Notes under the pieces: model-generated
Told to the model about the DNA's origin: nothing
Seen by the model: the letters and a program-made list of their open reading frames with translations, nothing else
The model's database searches: none
Position numbers and translations under genes: made by a program
Part shown: one piece after another, positions 34,870-42,365 of the stretch
Layout: each line of letters opens with the position of its first letter
Numbering within the stretch: position 1 is the stretch's first letter
Assembly: GCA_963744795.1 (NCBI GenBank)
Contig: CAVUVF010000018.1
Location: 347,530 to 411,529 of the forward strand
Origin: an uncultured Acidobacteriaceae bacterium
GTDB lineage: Bacteria; Acidobacteriota; Terriglobia; Bryobacterales; Bryobacteraceae
DNA length: 64,000 bases
Reading direction: 5' to 3'

Positions 34870-36012
34870 TTAGGCGTCGAACTGAGCAATCGCCCAACCG
34901 GCCAAACTGGCTGGCTGCCCGCCTTTGAACACCACGCGGCGGGTTTTGGGAAAGATAGCGCCCTCGCGAAGTCCTCGACTCAAGCGCCGGAACCGTCCGG
35001 AGAATTTTCCGGAACGAATCCTGTTCGGTTTCGAGATAAGCGGATTTCGATACGAACCCACCGCCCCAGCCGAGGCAGAGCAAACAGCTGAGAGACGCCT
35101 CTCTGGCCTTGGCGAGTTCCTCCCGTAAGCGACTGACGGTGTTGACAATTCCGGAAAGCCCTGCGGTTTCGGCATAACGCCCCTGCGCCTCGATTTGGGC
35201 TTCGGCGAAGTCATTCGCCGCGTCCACGATCATCTTCGGGCTCGGCACGGAACGCCAGCCCAAAGCGCGCGCAATTTCCTGATTTTCGAGGAAGCTCCGT
35301 TCCTGCCAGGTGCCGGTGAACGAAGTACCCGGCGTAGCCATTTCCGCGAACAGAGGTGTGGCGTCGGACATTCGCTGGGGAGGGACGCTGCCCCTTCCGG
35401 TTACTTTCCAGGAGAGTTGGGGTTTCCCCCCTGCGCTGCGTTGACCGAGGCGGTCCGGGTTAAAAAGACCTTGAACGCTCCGTGCGGAATCGGCTCGCTA
35501 TCCGAGAGGGAAACTACTTTCGTCTGACTGGCGCCAGCGGAGCTTTCGGCTGCTTCGCTCACCCGGCGTGGCAAACGATCGTTCTCAAGGGACGACGCCA
35601 TGCGATCAATGGTGGCCTGGGACCAACGCGAATGCACCAATCCCGAGCGCAGAGCGCCTTTGAGGGCCGAAGCGGGGAGATAAGCCCCCCGGTAGCTGGA
35701 AGCAAATGTCGGAATAAATAGTACTTCCGAAGGCGTGGCGTTCCAAATGGCGGTGGAGTCCGCGTGCTCGAACGGAATTCGACGTTGCGAAAAATTCTGA
35801 GCAAAGCCGCCCCACGAGGCGAAATCCAGCTTGGTGGCTTTCCGTAATTGGTTCAGGTAGCCCTCTAGTCGGGGACCTCGCGCCAGCAATTTGAAAATCC
35901 TGTTTTGATCGAGTACGTTGACCTGGTCCTTCCAGACCATGTAATCGATCGGGGACAACGCGCGCCCGTCCCCGACGAGCAGTGGCGTAAGCGCGGTGAC
36001 TTTATACTTCAT
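34870..36012 (-). CDS. csm5: Type III-A CRISPR RAMP protein Csm5, frame breaks near 35420 and 34980
   Basis: N-terminus MKYKVTALTPLLVGDGRALSPIDYMVWKDQVNVLD, PASALKGALRS, Gly-rich loop LGWGGGFVSKS, and after a frame shift FPKTRRVVFKGGQPASLAGWAIAQFDA. Its ATG at 36012 overlaps the preceding coding frames. Confidence 0.8.
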
Positions 36013-37435
36013 CGTTACCCTGCCCAGTGTCCTCGGTCGTTTCCTTCGCTCCCTCTTCGGCGACGGTCCCCTCGGTTGTTTGCTCGACTTGCTCCGCCGT
36101 TGTTTCCGGCTCTGGAGCCGCCGACGGTCTCGCCAGCGTCGGCCGGCAACTGCTCCGGCTCCTGGCTCACGTCCAATTCGGCTTCGGCGGAGAGCGTCGG
36201 AACTTCAATCTCGCCGGCCGATTCGGACCGCTCTGATTGGGAAACGGCCGCGGTCGGCGGCTCGCACGGCGATAACGTTTCCGGCTCCTCTGCGCGTGCC
36301 TGCTCCCTCAGGAGTATCGGAAAGCGCAGTCTGCGGCGTCGTTTCCACTGCCCCTCTCCAGCGCGTGGGTGCCTCGGCGAACGGGAGCTTGCAGGTGAGG
36401 GCGAAGCCCGCACGGTAAACGGGATGAGAGAAGTTTTCCGGGGCCACGTCGACCGCAACCCCGACCGGTTCGTCTCGTACGGCCAGCACGGAACCTTCGG
36501 CGATCATCCGCAGCGCCTTTTTCGCAGCTCCGCTTCCCGCCCGGCTATCTACGTGTCCGTTTCGAGAGGTCAGCTGATAATCGCCGCTGCTCCAATCGAC
36601 GGAATCTTTGGGCCCCGGGGAATAGAGAGAAAGGAGCCAAAACAAAGGGGCCTGTTCACTTTCGGTTCCGGGCTCGGGCCCGCCGTCCGACGCTCCCGCG
36701 ACTTTGGGAAGGAGCAGCCTGGGCCAGGATCCGCTTTCGAATTCAGGGGCGGCCGTTTGTCCCCAGCCACTGCTCCGACGGCCTCCGAAACCCGTATCGG
36801 CGAGCAGCCGGAAGGCTCCGCGCACTCGTTCTCCCCACGTTGCTTCCGCGTTCTCATCCGCAAAACGCGCAACACCCCAGAGGCCCGCGCCGTTCTCGAA
36901 TTCGATGCACGCGATACTGCGCGCCGTCCCTGACGTTTCGCTTAAGCGGTCGACCCCGGCACTCGTCCGACTCGAATAACGAAACGGGCTTGTGCTCGGG
37001 CGGTCGCGCCGCAAGAGGCATCCGCTCTCTCCATCAACGATCCACTGGTCCGCCAATAGAGGCTGTGACAACAGCAGCGACTCGGTTAACGGACAACGGG
37101 ACGTACTGCGCCGCCGCCCAACGCATCTTGGACAGAAACACCGGACTTGGGCTGGTCAGCAAAGAGGCCGGAGGCGGCCACACGGTAGCCGGAGGCGGAG
37201 CAAACAGCGTGTCCCCTTGAAACGGAAACAATGAACTGAAGACAACCGCCGGAGTCGGACTGAGCGCTGTCGCTTCGAGCCACTCCGAAAGCAAGTCGAG
37301 GTGCTGCATGGCGAGCGTGACCGCTGAATACAGGCGGTCGCTTCGAAATGCGCTCTCGACTTGCCCTTGACCGATTCCAACTCCGCAGCGCCACGGTCCG
37401 AGCGGACGCAAGCGGATAACGACAGCCGGCTGCAT
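36004..37435 (-). CDS. csm4: Type III-A CRISPR RAMP protein Csm4 (Cas5 family) plus an acidic low-complexity C-terminal tail; frame breaks near 37090 and in 36110-36400. The core may end at 36205.
   Basis: N-terminus RLRPLGPWRCG...AFRSDRLYSAVTLAM and Gly-rich loop LLADTGFGGRRSSGWGQ. The ATG at 37435 abuts the csm3 stop (TAAATG). The tail reads EEPETLSPCEPP...EIEVPTLSAEAELDVSQEPEQLPADAGETVGG, then PEPETTAEQVEQTTEGTVAEEGAKETTEDTGQGNDEV. Confidence 0.75.
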
Positions 37436-38272
37436 TTAGGCCAGTTTTTCTCCGAAGTCGTCGGCAGCGACGAGTTGCTGCAAGGCTGCCAGTTCCGCGC
37501 CTGAAACAAGCGTGCTCTCGCTCGCTCCCTTCCCGTAGTAATCCTTGCTGCGCCAGGAAAGAGTCAGCGAGCCGAACGAGATGCGTCCGCTTCCCCGGCT
37601 GCCGCCCCCGCCGAGCGAATCGTCTTCGAGCAAGCGAAGCGCCTCGGGGATCCGCGCCACCAGCGGTTTGTCTTCCGGACACAGTACATCGAGAACCATG
37701 CGGAACCGGAATCGTGCGCCGGCGGGAACACGCTCGAGGGTGCGCGGATTCGCCTGAGACGTAATGCGATCGACGGCGTTCTCGCTCTTCACTTCGGTGA
37801 GTTCGTCATCCAGGTTTTCGCGCATCTGCTGCGTGATGCTGTCGAGAACCAGGGGCGAGTCGTAGACCGTGAGGCGTGCCGGCGTGGCAGCGGCCGATTC
37901 CGAGGCTTCACCACCAGACACTTTCTCCACGCGCGCGGGGCTTCGGCCAAAAAGGAGACACACTTCGTCGTCCGGCCGATCGCTCTGGTGGATGCGTACT
38001 TCCTGTCCGCGTCGTTTCGACACGTAAACAAGTTCATTCGGTACGGTGAGCCCAAGCGATTGCTCGAGCAGGCTGCGCAAACGCCCGCGAAGTGAACTGC
38101 CCGGAATGTAGGGTACGCCGAACGCATCTTTGACTACGGGATTGTCGGCGCCGCCGATTTCGAGCGACCCTTTACCGGCGCCGATATGGAGGCCGGTCTG
38201 GCACTGAATCTCGCCTTCGAGAATCAGCTTTCCAAGGAACGTCAGTTGCGTTCCTGCAGTATGAGAACTCAT
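37436..38272 (-). CDS. csm3: Type III-A CRISPR RAMP protein Csm3 (Cas7 backbone subunit)
   Basis: Intact 278-aa ORF with GLHIGAG, IGGADNPVVKD (Asp43 at the expected catalytic position), IPGSSLRGRLRS, LLFGR, TEVKSENAVDR and LGGGGSRGSGRISF. Confidence 0.9.
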   Translation of the reverse strand: MSSHTAGTQLTFLGKLILEGEIQCQTGLHIGAGKGSLEIGGADNPVVKDAFGVPYIPGSSLRGRLRSLLEQSLGLTVPNELVYVSKRRGQEVRIHQSDRPDDEVCLLFGRSPARVEKVSGGEASESAAATPARLTVYDSPLVLDSITQQMRENLDDELTEVKSENAVDRITSQANPRTLERVPAGARFRFRMVLDVLCPEDKPLVARIPEALRLLEDDSLGGGGSRGSGRISFGSLTLSWRSKDYYGKGASESTLVSGAELAALQQLVAADDFGEKLA

Positions 38273-38311
38273 GCTTTCTTTTCCTGTTCAATGGCCTCTT
38301 GGTCGTAGGCT

Positions 38312-38848
38312 CTATTCGTTGTAAGCAATGATGGCCTCGAACAGGTCACGGAACCGTTCGTAGCCGCGCGTATCGTTTTTGCGTGTGACCTGAAGCAATA
38401 GACGTTCGAGAGCATCGAGACTGCGGAGCGAGTGCCGCGCAATGGTGTACGCAAGACGCGCGCGCACCATCACGAACTCGTGTTGCCGTTCCGATTCGGG
38501 GGTTCGGGTTGCTCGCCGTACGGCATTGTAGAGACGCCGAAGCTGACTCTTTGTGCCGGAATCCATGTCGCGCATTCTGCTGACAACGACGTGCGCCTGA
38601 TTGTCCAGATAGAGACTATCGGAGATCAGCTTTTCGAGATCGATTTCGGGCGGTCCCTCGGGTCTGCGGTCACCGCCGCCCGGCCGGCCTCCTCCTCCAC
38701 GATTCTCGCGTCCGCGATCGCCCCGGCCTTCTCCGGATCCGCGTTCGTTGCCGCCGCGAGGACCTCCGCCGCCGGGCCGGCCTTCGCGTGGAGGCCGCGA
38801 TTCGCCCGAACGCCGCTCGTCGCCCTTCTTTTCTTCAGTTTCTGCCAT
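38312..38848 (-). CDS. csm2: Type III-A small subunit Csm2 (Cas11) with an Arg/Gly-rich N-terminal extension
   Basis: The C-terminal 105 aa or so fit Csm2: TKSQLRRLYNAV, ARLAYTIAR, FRDLFEAIIAYNE. The SD-like GGAAGGTGAT lies 4 nt before ATG 38848, so the GTG at 38857 given by the ORF track is a less likely start. The first 70 aa or so are RG/RGG-rich. Confidence 0.8.
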   Translation of the reverse strand: MAETEEKKGDERRSGESRPPREGRPGGGGPRGGNERGSGEGRGDRGRENRGGGGRPGGGDRRPEGPPEIDLEKLISDSLYLDNQAHVVVSRMRDMDSGTKSQLRRLYNAVRRATRTPESERQHEFVMVRARLAYTIARHSLRSLDALERLLLQVTRKNDTRGYERFRDLFEAIIAYNE

Positions 38849-38872
38849 CTGAATCACCTTCCGTCGAGAGCA

Positions 38873-40336
38873 CTAAACGCTCTCGCCTGCTGCCAATCGC
38901 GCCCACTCCAGACCAACACGCCCCGATGGGCGTAGCTTCACCGCGTTTGTTCTTTTACCGATCAAGCTGTTGATCACCGCGTTGCGCACATTGTTTACTT
39001 CTTTCCCTCGCGACTGAGGGATAACCCTGGCGAGCCGCATATAGGTCCGCCACGGCTTGTCGACCCGGGCCGCCTTTCTACGCGGGGAGCGAACGGCCGT
39101 GCCCTCGCGATAGACCGAGGCCAGATCATAGATGTATTGCGGCGGATATCCGAAATCGCGAACGAGTCTGACCAGGCTCGACTTCAATTCCTCCGCGTCG
39201 ACCAAGCGCTTCCACTCGAGAGTTCTGCCGAAAAGCGAGAATGTCCCCGGTTCCGTGGCCTTTGCCTGTCGCAACTGCGAAATGGCCGTTTGTAACACGG
39301 CGCCGATGGCTTCGCTGCCCTCGGGAGCGATGGCCAAAGACATACTGATGGTTTTGCCCTCGAAAGCCGACGCAGCCTGTACGTTCTCGCCGGCAAACTT
39401 GTCGAACAGTCGCTGAAGCTCACGCGCGAGCAGAAGCAGGGCGTCCCAGGAGCCCACGACCGCAAAGTCGTCGCCGCCGAGATAGACCACCGTCACTTTG
39501 CGCCAGAAATCCGGGAGTGTGCCGAGCAACGAAAGCTCACCGGCGAAAAACTCCTTGAACATGACGGAGAGATGAATGTGTTCTTCGGCCGTCCCGGCGC
39601 TTCGGAGCAGCGCGTCGAAGTTATCGACATCCCCGATCAGGATTCCCCATCGCGCTCTGCCGTCCGCTCTCTCTGCCAGTTGCTGCAACGCCAGGACCTG
39701 GCCCTCGTCGCTCATCGCCGTCCGGCGCGGGAACACAACCGCATCTTCAGTAAGGCTCGATTGCTCCTTGAGAGGCCATGAATACTGGCTTCCTTCCCAC
39801 TGGAGTTCCCCTGGGCGTTCAGAAGACCAGCCCACGCTCGACGCTGATACGACTCCTGCGGCAAATTGCGAGAAATAAGACGATACCGACTTCCCATCCT
39901 CGGTTGCAGACAGAAATGCAGTTACACTCGCTTCCCTGGACAGCGGTGCCGATCGAAAAGTAGATAGCGCATCATCCAGCCGCTTCCGCACTACCGGCCA
40001 CGCACCCAGATCCTCCGTGCTTGCCCAGATCAGCCGAAGATGATCCCCGGAAATGTCCGAAACCGCAGTTGCTGCGCGATTCAATAGTTCGTTGGCGCGG
40101 GGAAGATCTTCTTCCGTCAGAACCAGAAGAAACTGCTCGGAGCTTGCCGAGCCAAGGAGCATGCGAGATAGCTTCAGCTCGGCGAGGAGCGCACGCGGCA
40201 AGACTTCGCAGAAGAGACTGAGCCACGCGCACCGGCCCCGGAAGCTCAAAAGGGGGTCTTCATTGATCGCGGGCTCGGCAGCGAGAAAGTCGTTTCCACC
40301 AATCAGGTGGGCTTGCAAAAAGACCTGCAGCGACAT
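38873..40336 (-). CDS. cas10: Minimal Cas10 (Csm1-like) with GGDD cyclase palm and no HD domain
   Basis: Intact 487-aa ORF. GGDD (YLGGDDFAVVG) is encoded at 39467-39478. Palm Asp box WGILIGDVDNF, and a C-terminal helical D4-like region. It heads the csm2-csm5 operon. An in-frame TAA at 40451-40453 and the divergent gene at 40579 exclude a hidden N-terminal HD domain. Confidence 0.8.
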   Translation of the reverse strand: MSLQVFLQAHLIGGNDFLAAEPAINEDPLLSFRGRCAWLSLFCEVLPRALLAELKLSRMLLGSASSEQFLLVLTEEDLPRANELLNRAATAVSDISGDHLRLIWASTEDLGAWPVVRKRLDDALSTFRSAPLSREASVTAFLSATEDGKSVSSYFSQFAAGVVSASSVGWSSERPGELQWEGSQYSWPLKEQSSLTEDAVVFPRRTAMSDEGQVLALQQLAERADGRARWGILIGDVDNFDALLRSAGTAEEHIHLSVMFKEFFAGELSLLGTLPDFWRKVTVVYLGGDDFAVVGSWDALLLLARELQRLFDKFAGENVQAASAFEGKTISMSLAIAPEGSEAIGAVLQTAISQLRQAKATEPGTFSLFGRTLEWKRLVDAEELKSSLVRLVRDFGYPPQYIYDLASVYREGTAVRSPRRKAARVDKPWRTYMRLARVIPQSRGKEVNNVRNAVINSLIGKRTNAVKLRPSGRVGLEWARLAAGESV

Positions 40337-40578
40337 TGGAGAGGGATGGGCGCGCGCAAAACGAGCGGAATATGCGTTGTTAAGCGAGAACGCTATCAGC
40401 CTAGCACAGTGATGAAACCGGTCAGCTCGGCAGAGCTTTTGTTGCTTCGCTTACTTTTGACATCGGGTACAGTGGCAGTTCCAGGGCGCCCCAAGTGATC
40501 TCTCGATCGGGAACGTCTCAGCCAAAATCCCGCCCTAGCCGTCGCGTCCATGCATGGTCTGACCTCTATGCTTGAGAA

Positions 40579-41328
40579 ATGATCGTTTTTGTCACAGGAG
40601 CAACGTCGGGCTATGGGCGGGCTACCGCCCAGGCATTTATTCGGAGCGGCGCCAAAGTAGTCGGAACCGGGCGGCGCGGGGACAGGCTGCAAGAACTCAA
40701 GAAGGAATCGGGCGACAACTTTCTTCCTTTGAGCTTCGATGTCAGTAAGCGTGCCGAGGTGGAATCAGCCATCGCGAGCCTTCCGGAAGGATTTCGCGAA
40801 GTGGATGTGCTGGTTAACAATGCTGGCGGCGCACTTGGCCTCGATCCCGCTCAGACCGCCGATCTGAATGACTGGGACGCGATGGTCGACATCAACATCA
40901 AAGGAGTGATGTACTGCACGCGGCTGCTCCTCCCTGGAATGGTCGAGCGAAAACGTGGGCACATCATCAATCTCGGATCTGTCGCTGCTGAATTCCCGTA
41001 CCCGGGCGGCAACGTCTACGGCGCGGTGAAAGCCTTTGTGCACCAGTTCAGTTACAACTTGCGTTCCGATCTGCTCGGTACAGGCATTCGCGTCACTGAC
41101 ATTCAACCCGGACTGACCTCGGATACGGAATTCTCGAAGGTCCGGTTTAAAGGCGACGAGGAAAAAGCCGCAGCCATTTACAAGGGCGTCAAGGCTCTAA
41201 GCGCCGACGATGTCGCTGACGCGATCCATTGGGTAGCTACACGTCCGCAACACGTCAACATCAACGTGGTCCAGATGATGGCGACAGCGCAGGCGTGGGG
41301 ACCGTTCGCGATCCACCGCCAGAGCTAG
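40579..41328 (+). CDS. SDR-family NAD(P)-dependent oxidoreductase (YdfG-like)
   Basis: Intact 249-aa ORF with VTGATSGYG, NNAG and catalytic YGAVK. Confidence 0.9.
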   Translation: MIVFVTGATSGYGRATAQAFIRSGAKVVGTGRRGDRLQELKKESGDNFLPLSFDVSKRAEVESAIASLPEGFREVDVLVNNAGGALGLDPAQTADLNDWDAMVDINIKGVMYCTRLLLPGMVERKRGHIINLGSVAAEFPYPGGNVYGAVKAFVHQFSYNLRSDLLGTGIRVTDIQPGLTSDTEFSKVRFKGDEEKAAAIYKGVKALSADDVADAIHWVATRPQHVNINVVQMMATAQAWGPFAIHRQS

Positions 41329-41347
41329 ACACGCTCCGGGCAGCGTG

Positions 41348-42354
41348 CTAGATACCGCGTTGTGGCCGATAGCCCGGCCGGGCGCGTACCTTGTATTTCT
41401 TCATTGCTTCCGGGAGCAGCTCGATGTGCAGTTTCCGGAAGCCCTCGTTCGGATTCGGTTGCGGATAGTACGTGACGGTGTAGCTGTTGCCCAAGTCCTC
41501 GCGGATTGACTCGAACGCTTCTACCTGCTTCTGCCAGGTCTTGGCGAAGTAGCTCTTTCCACCCGTGCTGTTAGAAATCCGTTTGAAGATGCCGCTCGAG
41601 ATGGGATCCTTCGTGACCTCATTCGTCGAGATCACATATATCGGGATACCTTCGTCCTCGGCTACGGCCCGGACATCGTCAGGAGCAACCATGCTTGCGT
41701 TATCCGGCCCGTTCGAAAAGACTATGACTACTTTGCGCCCGGGTACTTTTGCCGCATCGCGCAGAGTCAGAAGCAAGCAGTTGTACAGCGCCGAGTCGTC
41801 GCCCGCTACCGCTTTTCGCAAGCCCGAGATGGCAAGTGCGCGATCCCGATTGAGTGAAACAGCCCGGTTCAGGTTGCGGCTGTACGTGTAAACGGCAATC
41901 GAATCGGCGCGGTCCAGACCGCGGATGAAGTCAGCGATCGCGTCCGAAGCGTACACGAATCCGCGATACATATAGTTGCTGGTATCGAAAAGGACGAAAA
42001 CGTTCGTTCCCGTGGCTTCAGACCGAAGATCCACTACTCGTCCGCCCCCTCCGTCTCCCGGGTCGCCGGCGCGCAGAGGCCGCGTTTCTCCCGTTTCGAG
42101 CACCTGGACCGGTGTGCGGTTACCTTCCGCGAACGTGGCGAGCTTCTGATTGATATCGTCCTCGTAAATCTTGAAATCCTTGGGCTTGAGCCCGTTGACG
42201 TATTTGCCTTTCGTATCCGTAACGGCAAAGCTCAGCACGACCATGTCCACCTTCACGTGGAATGTGGTCTGGTCCTGCTCTTGCGCATAGAGCCACGCAC
42301 CTGCCATTCCAAGCAGTACGGCAGTAGCAATAAGGGTGCGAACAGTTTTACTCA
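41348..42354 (-). CDS. VWA-domain protein of the acidobacterial VWFA type (TIGR03436-like), secreted
   Basis: GTG at 42354 gives the signal peptide VSKTVRTLIATAVLLGMAGAWLYAQ. The sequence then reads FHVKVDMVVLSFAVTDTKGKYVNGLKPKDFKIYEDD, with the VWA/MIDAS region VFVLFDTSNYM. The longer ORF reaching 42547 overlaps the upstream gene. Confidence 0.8.
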
Positions 42355-42365
42355 CAGTTTCCTTT

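Noticed and set aside
34855-34873. Hairpin CCTAAG-N7-CTTAGG overlapping the csm5 stop as a terminator separating csm5 from the ExeA-like gene
   Set aside because: It is a weak, AT-containing 6-bp stem with no U-tract, so I cannot argue that it insulates the two genes.
35905-36933. Long plus-strand ORFs (35905-36933, 35996-36418, 36840-37220) antisense to csm4/csm5
   Set aside because: Their products are Arg/Ser/Pro-rich low complexity, typical of antisense frames in GC-rich DNA. The opposite strand carries clear RAMP motifs.
37086-37682. 198-aa minus-strand ORF overlapping the csm3/csm4 junction in an alternative frame
   Set aside because: It is Arg/Ala-rich with no motifs. It overlaps two well-supported cas genes whose stop and start abut exactly.
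40337-40578. A possible hidden N-terminal HD domain of Cas10, and a sigma-70-like TTGACA at 40457-40462
   Set aside because: An in-frame TAA at 40451-40453 and the divergent SDR gene leave at most about 37 extra codons. The TTGACA has no acceptable -10 hexamer 17 bp downstream (TCCAGG).
41333-41350. Hairpin CACGCT-CCGGGC-AGCGTG between the convergent SDR and VWA stops
   Set aside because: The stem is only 6 bp with no flanking U-tract, and it overlaps the VWA stop codon. A terminator role is unsupported.
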